In this document: positions 50,179 to 59,384 of the stretch, piece after piece
Position numbering within the stretch: position 1 is the first letter of the stretch
Layout of the letters: each line of letters opens with the position of its first letter
NCBI GenBank assembly: GCA_965250285.1
Contig: OZ252299.1
Location: forward strand, 4,416,001 to 4,480,000
Length of the DNA stretch: 64,000 nucleotides
Direction: 5' to 3'
From: Myxococcota bacterium
GTDB lineage: Bacteria; Myxococcota_A; UBA9160; UBA4427
Program-made: the position numbers and the translations under genes
The notes under the pieces: model-generated
The model's input: the letters and a program-made list of their open reading frames with translations, nothing else
What the model was told of the DNA's origin: nothing
Databases searched by the model: none

Positions 50179-51111
50179 TCAGGCCGCCTGCTCCCCCAAC
50201 GCTCGACCGAGCTGGACATCGCCTTCGATCGTGGTGCGATTGATCACGCGCCGGACGCCGGGCTTCGTACCCGTCGTACAGTGCATCGCACGCCAGTTGT
50301 CCCACAGGATCATGTCGCCCGGCTGCCACTGGTGGAAGTAGTGGAACTCGGGCTTGCGGGTGTGCGCGACGAGGTCGCGCAAGAGCTCGTCGGCCTCGTC
50401 CGAAGTCATGCCGGCGGCTGCGGGATCGACGACCCGGTCGAGAAACTGCTCGACGATCTCGAGCACCTTCCGGCCGGTGATGGGGTGCTCGACGACCGCC
50501 GGATACGCCGCGTCGGGAAAGTCGGGGAACCCGATCTCGGCCGGCGTCTTCGGGCTCTGCGGACTCGGCTCGTACCCCGCATTGTCGACGAAGCGCATCG
50601 CCTTGCGCTGCACCTGAAACCGATACGCCACCTCGATGTCGGCGAGGCGCGCCTTCGTGGCGTCGTCGAGCGCATCGTAGGCGCGCGCCAGATCGCCGAA
50701 GCCGGTGAGACCGTCTTCGGCGGGGATCTCCACCGCTCGCAGCACGGCGCCGTGGTTCGGCTTGGCCGTGTAGTGGAGATCCATGTGCCAATCGAGCCGG
50801 CCCACGATGGGCTCGCCATGGTAGAAGCCGAAGGGCGCCCGGTCGTTCTCGCCGCCGCTCGAGAGGACGAAGAGCTCGGGATAGTCATCGGAGCGCGTCG
50901 GCTCGAGCGGGTGCACCTCGAGCGGGCCGAAGATGCGGCTGAACTCGATCTGTTCGGCCGGCCCGATGGCCTGGCCGCGAAAGAGCAGAATCGCGTGCTC
51001 GTGCCAGAGTGCGCGCAGCTCGTCTTTCGTGGCCGCGTCGATCGGGGCGGCAGCGTCGAAGCCGACGACCTCGATGCCGACGTGTTCGAGGGGTCTGATC
51101 TCCAGGGCCAT
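50179..51111 (-). CDS. TauD/TfdA Fe(II)/2OG dioxygenase
   Basis: WHMD (HxD), HPITGRK, WQPGDMILWDNWRAMH. Confidence 0.92.
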   Translation of the reverse strand: MALEIRPLEHVGIEVVGFDAAAPIDAATKDELRALWHEHAILLFRGQAIGPAEQIEFSRIFGPLEVHPLEPTRSDDYPELFVLSSGGENDRAPFGFYHGEPIVGRLDWHMDLHYTAKPNHGAVLRAVEIPAEDGLTGFGDLARAYDALDDATKARLADIEVAYRFQVQRKAMRFVDNAGYEPSPQSPKTPAEIGFPDFPDAAYPAVVEHPITGRKVLEIVEQFLDRVVDPAAAGMTSDEADELLRDLVAHTRKPEFHYFHQWQPGDMILWDNWRAMHCTTGTKPGVRRVINRTTIEGDVQLGRALGEQAA

Positions 51112-51137
51112 GTTCAGGATCTCCACTTGCTAATTAG

Positions 51138-51152
51138 TGAACAGACTGTACA
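51138..51152. promoter_or_regulatory. Palindromic operator between tauD-like gene and tetR
   Basis: TGAACAG-A-CTGTACA near-perfect inverted repeat in an AT-rich divergent gap. Confidence 0.65.
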
Positions 51153-51161
51153 TTAAATTGG

Positions 51162-51761
51162 GTGACCCAATCAACCTCGCGGCGGCGGGGCCGCCCGCGC
51201 GACGCCGAGCGCCATGCGGCGATTCTCGAGGCGACGCGCGATCTGATCCTCGAGGTCGGCTACGCGGGCGTCACCATCGACGCCGTCGCGAAACGCTCGG
51301 GCGCCTCGCGCACGACGATCTACGCGTGGTGGGGGCACCGGGCGCCGCTCGTCGAAGAGGCGATCTTCTCCGACTATGGCGAGTGGCCCGTGCCCGATGC
51401 GGGCCGGTTCGAGCGTGATCTTGGCCAGCTCGTCGACGAGCTGGTCAGCGAAATGACGCGCCCACACGTCGCGCGCGCCTACCCCGCGCTCTCTGCCGAG
51501 TTCCAGGCCAATCCGAAGCTGAAGGCCCAGCTGCGTTCGCAGTATGGTGATCCGATGACGCGGCGCTGGCAGTCGGTCTTTCGGCGAGCGGGCGAGCGCG
51601 GCGAGCTACCGAATGACGCGAATGCCGAGGCGGCGCTGCAGCTCACGCTCGGGGCCGTCATGACGATGACGCAGTCGAGGATCATGTCGCGCGCAAAGCT
51701 CACGCGTTATCTGCTGGGCTTGCTGCTCGGCGGGCTGGGCGGCGCGGCGACGCTCGATTGA
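51162..51761 (+). CDS. TetR family regulator
   Basis: RGRPR, GYAGVTIDAVAKRSGASRTTIYAWW HTH. Confidence 0.9.
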   Translation: MTQSTSRRRGRPRDAERHAAILEATRDLILEVGYAGVTIDAVAKRSGASRTTIYAWWGHRAPLVEEAIFSDYGEWPVPDAGRFERDLGQLVDELVSEMTRPHVARAYPALSAEFQANPKLKAQLRSQYGDPMTRRWQSVFRRAGERGELPNDANAEAALQLTLGAVMTMTQSRIMSRAKLTRYLLGLLLGGLGGAATLD

Positions 51762-52291
51762 TGCCCCGGCGCGTCGACGCTCGATTGATGCCCCGGCGCG
51801 CCGATGCTCGATTGATCCCCCGGCGCGTCGGTCTCGACCCGGACACGAAAGACGGGGATCTCTGCGGCAATCGCCTCGAAGTCGGCCAGTGGCGCATCCT
51901 TCGAGACCGGCACATGGGGGCGCGCCCCCGGCGCGCGCTGCAGATACGCCTTGAGGATCGCCGGACGCAGGCTTTCATCGACAGGCTGCAATCGCACCTG
52001 CTCGGTTCGGCCGTGCCGCAGCCGCGCATGCCCGTCGGCCGCCTCGACGTTGCGCACCCACGCGACGCCCTGCCCCATCATCGAGACCAGATATCGCTCG
52101 TCGTCGACCACGGCCATCACGAGCGGAAACGAGATGACGCGCCCCGACCGGCGACCGCGCACCTCGAGGGTGACGAGCCAGTTGGGCGCGATGCCGGCCG
52201 CGTGCAGCCAGGCCCAGCCCCGATTCAGCCAGCGAGCGAGCCGGCCGGGTCGGTTGTCGGGATAGAGGTCGCGCTTGATTCGAGCGAACAA
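51707..52291 (-). CDS. Ddn-like deazaflavin-dependent reductase family protein
   Basis: LEVRGRRSGR, WVRNV, PVFRV; TTG start with GGAGG RBS; repeat-encoded tail. Confidence 0.75.
   Translation of the reverse strand: MFARIKRDLYPDNRPGRLARWLNRGWAWLHAAGIAPNWLVTLEVRGRRSGRVISFPLVMAVVDDERYLVSMMGQGVAWVRNVEAADGHARLRHGRTEQVRLQPVDESLRPAILKAYLQRAPGARPHVPVSKDAPLADFEAIAAEIPVFRVRVETDAPGDQSSIGAPGHQSSVDAPGHQSSVAAPPSPPSSKPSR
51748..51828. repeat. 27-bp tandem repeat, 3 copies
   Basis: CGACGCTCGATTGATGCCCCGGCGCGT units at 51748, 51775, 51802. Confidence 0.9.
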
Positions 52292-52464
52292 GGGGCGCAC
52301 CTCCGCCCGGGCGAGTCGAGCGAGTGTGCGCCCCTCGGCGCATCGCACCGACTCGTTCCTGCCCAATGCGTCCGCGCAACCCTCGTCGAGTCAAGCGACG
52401 GGTTGCGAAAGCGTCACGCGAATTGAACTGAAGGTGGATCGCCTGCGGCGCGTGGCCCGTCGGA

Positions 52465-53706
52465 TCAGTTCGGGGCGTCGCCCATCGCGAGGTCGGGGAA
52501 CGGGTTCGGGAGCTCGGTCCAGCTGCTGCCGTCGCCCGAAGCGAGCTTCTCGTCGAGCAGACACGCGTCGAGACCGGCCCGAATCGCCTCTTCGTTCATG
52601 TCCTGGCCGATGAACACCAGCTCCTGCGCGCGGTCGCCGAATCGCGGATGCCAGTTCGCCTGTTCGTCGGGCCGCTGGCCTTCGGGGTGCCCCCAGTGCT
52701 CGCGCGGGACCGCCGCCCACCACATCCCGGCCGGGTCGACGCTGCTGACGCCGCCGGCCTGGGCCCATTCGTAGGCGACGGAATGATTGGCCGCGATCCA
52801 GAAGAAGCCCTTCGATCGAAGCACACCATTCCAGTTGTCGTCGTCGTTCATGAACGCCCACAGCTTCTCGGCGTCGAAGGGCTCGTGCGTTCGGTAGACG
52901 AAGCTCGAGATGCCGTACTCCTCGGTCTCGGGCGTGTGCTCCCCCTGCAGCTCACGAATCCAGCCCGCTGAGCTCGCCGCCTTGTCGTAGTCGAACAGGC
53001 CGGTGTCGAGCACGCTGTCGAGGGGCACCTCGCCTCGCGTGGCCCGCTTGATCTCGGCCCCCGGGTTGAGTGCCTGGATGATGGCCTCGACTTCGCACGC
53101 CTGGTCGTCGGTCACGAGGTCGAGCTTGTTCAGCACGATCACGTCGGCGAACTCGATCTGGTCGATCAGCAGGTCGGTCACCGTGCGGTGGTCGTCCTCG
53201 CCGAGTGACTCGCCGCGTTCTTGCAGCGCGTCGGCGGCGTTGTAGTCACGCAGGAGGCTCGCCGCATCGACGACCGTCACCATCGTATCGAGGCGCGAGA
53301 CGTGACTCAGGCTGACGCCCTCTTCGTCTTCGAACGTGAAGGTCTGTGCGACCGGGATCGGTTCGGAGATGCCGGTCGACTCGATGAGCAGATAGTCGAA
53401 GCGCCCTTCCTGGGCGAGGCGCGACACCTCAGCAAGCAGGTCGTCGCGCAGCGTGCAGCAGATGCAGCCGTTCGACATCTCGACGAGCTTCTCTTCGGTG
53501 CGTGAGAGCTCGGCGCCCCCTCGCTCGACCAGCGCGGCGTCGATGTTGACCTCGCTCATGTCGTTCACGATCACCGCGACGCGGCGACCCTCACGGTTGT
53601 GGAGCACCTGGTTCAGCAGGGTCGTCTTGCCTGCACCGAGAAAGCCCGACAGGACGGTGACGGGCAGACGCTCCGGGCTGGGCGTCGTCGGCTGGCTCGA
53701 GCTCAT
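52465..53706 (-). CDS. COG0523 G3E zinc metallochaperone GTPase (ZigA/YciC-like)
   Basis: [22 protein letters not shown], CobW_C domain. Confidence 0.95.
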   Translation of the reverse strand: MSSSQPTTPSPERLPVTVLSGFLGAGKTTLLNQVLHNREGRRVAVIVNDMSEVNIDAALVERGGAELSRTEEKLVEMSNGCICCTLRDDLLAEVSRLAQEGRFDYLLIESTGISEPIPVAQTFTFEDEEGVSLSHVSRLDTMVTVVDAASLLRDYNAADALQERGESLGEDDHRTVTDLLIDQIEFADVIVLNKLDLVTDDQACEVEAIIQALNPGAEIKRATRGEVPLDSVLDTGLFDYDKAASSAGWIRELQGEHTPETEEYGISSFVYRTHEPFDAEKLWAFMNDDDNWNGVLRSKGFFWIAANHSVAYEWAQAGGVSSVDPAGMWWAAVPREHWGHPEGQRPDEQANWHPRFGDRAQELVFIGQDMNEEAIRAGLDACLLDEKLASGDGSSWTELPNPFPDLAMGDAPN

Positions 53707-53768
53707 CTCTCTGTTCCTCTCCTTTGTTCGAGAGTGCGTGGATCTGTCAGATCGCTCGACCGGCTCTG

Positions 53769-54956
53769 TCACATGGCCTGTTCGTACAGGCCACGAACGT
53801 CATCACGGCTCGGGTAGCGCGGCGTGTTGAGGATGATCAGATCGCGGAGCGCGTCGGTGGTCAGCCCCTCGACGTCGGCCGCCGTCGCGCCGAGATCGCT
53901 CAGGCTGCGATCCGTCCCCACGGTGGCCGAGAGCTTCTCGACCGCCTCGATCGCGGCGTGCGCGTCGCGCCCGGCGCCGAGCGCCAGACCGACGTCGGCA
54001 TAGCGATCCTTCACCGTCTCGAGGTTGAAGCGCATGACGTGGGGGAGCATCGTGGCCAGCGTCTGGCCGTGCGCGATCCCGAACGTGCCCGAGACCGGGT
54101 GGCCGGTCGCATGCACGAGCCCGAGCAGCGGCCCTGCCGAGAACGCTCGGCCGGCGAGGTGCGAGGCAATCTGCATCGCCGCCCGCGCCTCGACGTCGCT
54201 GCCGTCTGCGACCGCCTTCGGCAGCCACTCGCCCGTGAGCCGAATCGCGTGCAGCGCGAGCCCGTCGGCGTACGGGTTGGCCAGCGTCGAGGTGTAGGCC
54301 TCGGTCGCATGGGTCAAGACATCCATGCCGCAGCACGCCGTCGCGCCCGGAGGCAGACCGACGGTGAGCAGCGGGTCGAGCACAACCGCCCGCGGCTTCA
54401 CGTCTGCATGGCTGAACGTCAGCTTGCGATGATCGGCGCTGCGCGTGATCAGGCCGCCGCCATTGGTCTCCGAGGCCGTGCCCGACGTCGTGGGCACCGC
54501 GATCGTGGGCAGACACGGCGCGCTGGCCTGGGCCGCCGGCGCGAGCGTCGCGAAGTCGATGCGGTCTGCGTCGTCGAGCTCGGGCGAGAACGCCAGCGCG
54601 AGATCGTCGATGCCCGACGGCGCCGCCATCGCGACGTACTTGCCGCAATCCATCACCGACCCACCGCCGACGAGGACCATCACGACGCCCTCCATCCCGA
54701 ACGCCTTCAGGGCCGCCACGCCGCTGGCGACGTTCGCATCGGTCGGATTCGGGTCGACTTCGACGAACGCCTCCCACTCGATGTTCTCGCTGGTCAGCGC
54801 ATCGGTCACCGTGCCCAGGACACCAGCCGACTGCACGCCCTGGTCACTCACCACGAAGGCGCGGCTGCCGTGGGTGCGCACCTGCTGCGCGAGATCGGCG
54901 ACGCTGCCTTCGCCGACGACCGTGGTGCCCATGGGTTCGAGGATGTAGCTGCTCAT
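53769..54956 (-). CDS. Iron-containing alcohol dehydrogenase
   Basis: [29 protein letters not shown]. Confidence 0.92.
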   Translation of the reverse strand: MSSYILEPMGTTVVGEGSVADLAQQVRTHGSRAFVVSDQGVQSAGVLGTVTDALTSENIEWEAFVEVDPNPTDANVASGVAALKAFGMEGVVMVLVGGGSVMDCGKYVAMAAPSGIDDLALAFSPELDDADRIDFATLAPAAQASAPCLPTIAVPTTSGTASETNGGGLITRSADHRKLTFSHADVKPRAVVLDPLLTVGLPPGATACCGMDVLTHATEAYTSTLANPYADGLALHAIRLTGEWLPKAVADGSDVEARAAMQIASHLAGRAFSAGPLLGLVHATGHPVSGTFGIAHGQTLATMLPHVMRFNLETVKDRYADVGLALGAGRDAHAAIEAVEKLSATVGTDRSLSDLGATAADVEGLTTDALRDLIILNTPRYPSRDDVRGLYEQAM

Positions 54957-55009
54957 GATGTGTGCTCCTGGCGTTCAGCTCGGCCTGGGTGAGAGTCTCG
55001 TCGTGAGAT

Positions 55010-55822
55010 TCAGGCGAGGCCCGAGAAGTCGATCTGGCCCGTCGTCATGAAGGCGTTGAAGCCCATATCGACGTTCAGATTCACGCCGTTCACGTAGCGC
55101 GATGCATGCGACCCGAGGAACGCGAGGCTCATCGCGATGTCTCGCGGTGTGGCGATCGTCCCGCCGATCTGGTCGACGGTCCAGTTCATGGTCTTCTCGG
55201 TGATCGTCTTGTTGAAGTCGGGCAGCAGCGGTGTATCGATGGGCGCAGGGCAGACGCTGTTCGTGCGCACGTGCCGGGCCAGCGTGTCCTTGGCGCTCTT
55301 CATCGTGTAGACCTGGACGCACTCTTTCGAGAACGCATAGCCATCGCCTACGAGCTCGGCGTGGTCGCGGCACCAGCCGAACAGCTCGTCGCGGCTCTCG
55401 ATGGCGATGCAATCGAGCACCTCTTGCAGGTGCCCGGGCCACTGCCCGCCCGCAATCGAGGCGGTGTTCGCGATCGCACCATCTTCTCGGATCTTCGGCA
55501 GCAGCCCCTCCGAGAGCTGACGAAGACCGAGCCAGTTCACCGCCATCACGTCTTCGACCGGATGCGTTGCGGCGATCCCGGCGTTGTTGAAGAGCGCATC
55601 GATGGGCCTGTCGATCGCGTCGATGGCCGCATCGACCGACGCCGCAGCGCCCATGTTCGTCTCGATGAAGCGGTCGAAGGGGCCGGTCGGCTCCTTGATG
55701 TCGAGCACGATCACCTCGGGGCGGCCGAGCTCTGCGAGGACATCGAGGAGAGCCGCGCCGACGCCCGAGAAGGCACCGGTGATGACGACTCGCTTGTTCG
55801 AGTAGTCGAAGCAATGGGACAT
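55010..55822 (-). CDS. SDR family oxidoreductase
   Basis: TGAFSGVG, NNAG, YAFSK (YxxxK), VNG..LNVDMG. Confidence 0.9.
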   Translation of the reverse strand: MSHCFDYSNKRVVITGAFSGVGAALLDVLAELGRPEVIVLDIKEPTGPFDRFIETNMGAAASVDAAIDAIDRPIDALFNNAGIAATHPVEDVMAVNWLGLRQLSEGLLPKIREDGAIANTASIAGGQWPGHLQEVLDCIAIESRDELFGWCRDHAELVGDGYAFSKECVQVYTMKSAKDTLARHVRTNSVCPAPIDTPLLPDFNKTITEKTMNWTVDQIGGTIATPRDIAMSLAFLGSHASRYVNGVNLNVDMGFNAFMTTGQIDFSGLA

Positions 55823-55920
55823 GAATTTCAACTCCAGTCAGGGGGCATCAGTGCCCCGGTTTCAGCGGGTTCGTGATCCGCGCCGTGTCGATGACCGCGG
55901 GGGATCTAGGGTGGGGGCAC

Positions 55921-57024
55921 TCAGTTCAGTCCGCCGCGAGAGCTCACGATCGAGCCGGGCCAGGCGACTTCCTCGACCGAAGCCAACGGGACCGCGTCGA
56001 TCGCCTCCTCCTCGGAGAGCAGGCACTCGTCGAGGGACGCAGCGAGCGCGGCGGCGTCGAGATCGACGCCGACGAAGGCGAGCTCTTGTCGGCGGTCGCC
56101 GAAGCGCGGATGCCACAAGGCGAGCAGTCGTCGACGGTCTTCGTCGCGCGCCGGCCACGCAGCACCGCTACAGCTGGCCCACCAGCGCGCCGCCGGAAAG
56201 ACCCGATGCACCGCCCCTGCGCAGGAGTAGCCCATCGAGAGCTCGCTGCTGTTCGCGAGCCAGAGCTTGCCCTTCGCGCGCAGGATCTCACGAGGCGGAT
56301 CGGCGAACCACTGCCCGAACCGCTCTGGATCGAAGGGACACGATCGCCGGTAGATGAGCCGATCGGCCGCGCACGGCGCGTCGAGCTCGGCCTGCAGCAG
56401 CTCGAGCCAGGGCGGCACCACACGAGCCGATCCGGCGACGCGGGAGGAGCGACTCCCGCGTCGCGGCGCCGTCAGAAACGCACACAAGGACGGATCCGTC
56501 GCTGCATCGAGCGCGAGGACTTCGGCGGTGGGGTTCAGGGTGGTCAGGACACGCTGCACCTCGCCGTGCGCCGACGCCGCGCCGGTCACGACCAGGTGGG
56601 TCGCCGATTCGATCTGCCCAGCGAGAATGTCGGCCACCGAGCGCACGTCGCGGGCTCGAGCCGACCAGCCATGCGCCGCGATGGGATCGCTCGACATCAG
56701 GTGGGCTTCGAGGTGGTCCGAATCGACGAGCGTCGCGACGTTGCCGATGCGCAGGTGGGCGCCGCACTGGCTGGACAGAAAGTCGTTCGCCTCCCAGTGC
56801 TCTACGATTTCGGATGTCTCGTCGTCAGGCGACAGCAGGACGCCGACGTGGTCTCCGTCGCACGGGCCGGGCGGATCGAAGTCGCGGAGCGGACCGAGCG
56901 GCATGACGGCGCGAATGCGGTCGAAGGCATGACGCACCGCGATCGTCGGCAGGCCACCGAAGAGATGGACGCGCTGAATCGGAGCGACCTCCGCCCCCTC
57001 GGTTTGCCGGGTCGGGACCGTCAA
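55921..57024 (-). CDS. Second degenerate COG0523/CobW-like protein
   Basis: ILAGQIESAT, YRRSCPFDPERF, ILRAKGKLW, GDRRQELAFVG..LDECL; no Walker A or CxCC; start uncertain (ORF open to 57150). Confidence 0.75.
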   Translation of the reverse strand: MTVPTRQTEGAEVAPIQRVHLFGGLPTIAVRHAFDRIRAVMPLGPLRDFDPPGPCDGDHVGVLLSPDDETSEIVEHWEANDFLSSQCGAHLRIGNVATLVDSDHLEAHLMSSDPIAAHGWSARARDVRSVADILAGQIESATHLVVTGAASAHGEVQRVLTTLNPTAEVLALDAATDPSLCAFLTAPRRGSRSSRVAGSARVVPPWLELLQAELDAPCAADRLIYRRSCPFDPERFGQWFADPPREILRAKGKLWLANSSELSMGYSCAGAVHRVFPAARWWASCSGAAWPARDEDRRRLLALWHPRFGDRRQELAFVGVDLDAAALAASLDECLLSEEEAIDAVPLASVEEVAWPGSIVSSRGGLN

Positions 57025-57547
57025 CGGTTGCCTTGCTGGAGCATCGAATGCGAGGCCCCGCTCCCAGTTGGCAGCATGACGACGAGCGCGCGGCGTCGGC
57101 GCCTCACCCAGCGCAGGCCCCGCGTTCGTCCAATTCTCGAGCCGCGGCACGCACCGAAACCGGCGCGCCTCGGGTCAGGACCGCGTGCCGCAACGCGATC
57201 GCAGCGTTTCTCATCTGATAGCGCCGATCAGGGCCCTCGAGTTCCACGCGATCGCCATTTCTGCCGATCGGATCAGACGCGCGGGCGTGATCGCCGACAC
57301 CCCAACGCGCCGACGGTGGGCCAGGGCACCTCGAGGGCCGAGTCCGCCCTGCCCGCTGAGCGGCAGCGCCGACCGCGCGTTGGCCGGGCTAACGCAGGGC
57401 CCGCGACTTGCCGAGAAGAAGAGGGTGGAGCAGTCTGGCGACACGCGAACCGGCACTGACTCTGCAACAGCGGGGTCGAAACTCGGCGCGTGATGGCCGT
57501 GCCCCCCTCTTTGATCAGGCGCCGCGCGCACTGCGGCGCGAACGGGG

Positions 57548-58099
57548 ATGTTCCGGGTGGTCGAGTTCCGAGCGAATGCGACTGAAGCAACGGCTGGGCG
57601 GGTCGGCGGCGGCCTCGTCTCGTTTGCGATGATCTTCGCGCTGGCCGGCTTGGTCGCGGCGCCGATCTCGGCCGAAGACGACCACGGTCACCACGATCAC
57701 GCGGCACCCCACGGTGGCACGCTCGTCGTCTTCGGCGACGAGGTCGCCCACGTCGAGTTCGTCGTCGACGAAGAAAATGGGGAGATCACCGCCTACGTGC
57801 TCGACGGCGAGGCAGAGCGCGGCGTCGCGGTTCAGCAGGCCTCGCTGACCGTGGTGATCGAGCCGGCATCGGGTCCCGACTTCGAAGTCGCTCTGTCGCC
57901 CGTCGAGAACGTCCTGACCGGAGAGACCCGAGGCAACACGTCTCAGTTCTCGGGTCGGTCCCCGAAGCTCGAGGGTCTTCACCACTTTCACGGCGAGATC
58001 CGAACACTCGAGATCAAGGGGCAGCGGTTCGAAGACGTCGCGTTCAGATTCCCCGAAGGCAACGAAGACCATGCCCATCCTGCGGAGAAGGCACCATGA
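57548..58099 (+). CDS. Exported His-rich putative metal-binding protein
   Basis: Signal-like segment, then DHGHHDHAAPHGG..AHVE and C-terminal EDHAH; start may be 57629. Confidence 0.7.
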   Translation: MFRVVEFRANATEATAGRVGGGLVSFAMIFALAGLVAAPISAEDDHGHHDHAAPHGGTLVVFGDEVAHVEFVVDEENGEITAYVLDGEAERGVAVQQASLTVVIEPASGPDFEVALSPVENVLTGETRGNTSQFSGRSPKLEGLHHFHGEIRTLEIKGQRFEDVAFRFPEGNEDHAHPAEKAP

Positions 58100-58710
58100 G
58101 TGAGGATGCCCCGCCCACGCCGAGCGAACGAAAGAAGCCGACGACGGCCGCCCGCGTGGTGAAGTACGTCGTGATCACGACCTACGTCGTCGGGTTCTTG
58201 AGCTCGCCGCAGTGGCTGCCGCTCATGTTCCCGGAGACGCCCGTCGTCACCGAGCAGGCGGCGCTGGATGGCGTCGAAGCACAGGATTTCGAGACCATCT
58301 CGTGGAACCGGCTCGGCGGCTTCCCGTACGAGTTCGAGATGGCCGGCTTCCTCGACGACGCGTCGCCCGAGGTGCTCGCCGAACGCAACGAACGATTGAT
58401 CCCGACCGAAGTGCGCGCCCTCGACGGCCAACCGGTCGCGGTGCGCGGCTACGCGATCCCCGTCTCGATCTCGCAGGGCCGGGTCACCGACTTCATCCTC
58501 GCCGCCAAGAACGAGATCGGCTGCTGCTTCGGGGCCGGCCTGGCCATGAATCAGTGGATCCATGTCGCCGTGCCCGAGGGCCAGGTCTTCGACATCGAGC
58601 CCTACGAGATCGCCACGATCCTCGGGCGACTCGAGGTCGGCGAGGAGGTGAAGCAGGGCACCGTGCTGAGCCTCTACCGCCTGCGCGACGCGACGGCCCG
58701 CCGCGGGTGA
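58096..58710 (+). CDS. DUF3299 family protein
   Basis: TM anchor, ISWNRL, ALDGQPVAVRGYAIP, GCCFG..NQWIHV. Confidence 0.8.
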   Translation: MSEDAPPTPSERKKPTTAARVVKYVVITTYVVGFLSSPQWLPLMFPETPVVTEQAALDGVEAQDFETISWNRLGGFPYEFEMAGFLDDASPEVLAERNERLIPTEVRALDGQPVAVRGYAIPVSISQGRVTDFILAAKNEIGCCFGAGLAMNQWIHVAVPEGQVFDIEPYEIATILGRLEVGEEVKQGTVLSLYRLRDATARRG

Positions 58711-59384
58711 CAGCGGCGCTTCACATCGAGGGGCTCCGAAAGAGCTACACCACACCCGAAGGCGAGCGCCAAACGGTGATCGACCTGCCGTCGTTCTCGA
58801 TCGACGCGGGGGAGCAGGTCGCGCTGCACGGGCGCAGCGGCTGCGGCAAGACCACCCTGCTCCACCTCATCGCCGGCATCCTGAGCCCCGACGCCGGTCG
58901 CATCGTCGTGGCGGGCGAAGAGATCACCGTACAGTCCGAAGGCGAGCGCGACCGCACGCGCGGTCGACTGATCGGCTACGTATTCCAGAGCTTCAACCTG
59001 CTCGGTGCCTACTCTGCGCTCGAGAACGTGCTCCTCGCCATGCACTTCGGCGAAGGGGAGAGCGCCGACCGCGCGGCCGAGCTGCTCGAGCGCGTGGGGC
59101 TCGGCGATCGGATGCACTACCGACCCCCTCAGCTCTCGATCGGGCAACGGCAGCGCGTCGCCGTCGCCCGCGCGCTGGCCAACCAGCCGGCGCTGGTGCT
59201 CGCCGACGAACCGACGGGCAACCTCGACCCCGAGAACGCCGCATCGTCGCTCGCTCTACTCAGAGACACGGCGCACGAGATGGGCGCCGCGATGCTGCTC
59301 GTGAGCCACGACGACGAGATCTTGCGCGCATTCGATCGCTGCGAAGAGTTCGGCGAGCTCGCGCGCGCAGGAGCCGAACGTTGA
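58707..59384 (+). CDS. ABC transporter ATP-binding protein (LolD/MacB type)
   Basis: GRSGCGKTT, FQSFNL, LSIGQRQRV, ADEPTGNLD, VSHD. Confidence 0.92.
   Translation: MTAALHIEGLRKSYTTPEGERQTVIDLPSFSIDAGEQVALHGRSGCGKTTLLHLIAGILSPDAGRIVVAGEEITVQSEGERDRTRGRLIGYVFQSFNLLGAYSALENVLLAMHFGEGESADRAAELLERVGLGDRMHYRPPQLSIGQRQRVAVARALANQPALVLADEPTGNLDPENAASSLALLRDTAHEMGAAMLLVSHDDEILRAFDRCEEFGELARAGAER

Noticed and set aside
52375..52407. Hairpin CGCAACC..GGTTGCG as terminator of the COG0523 gene
   Set aside because: Bulged stem and no U-tract on the minus strand
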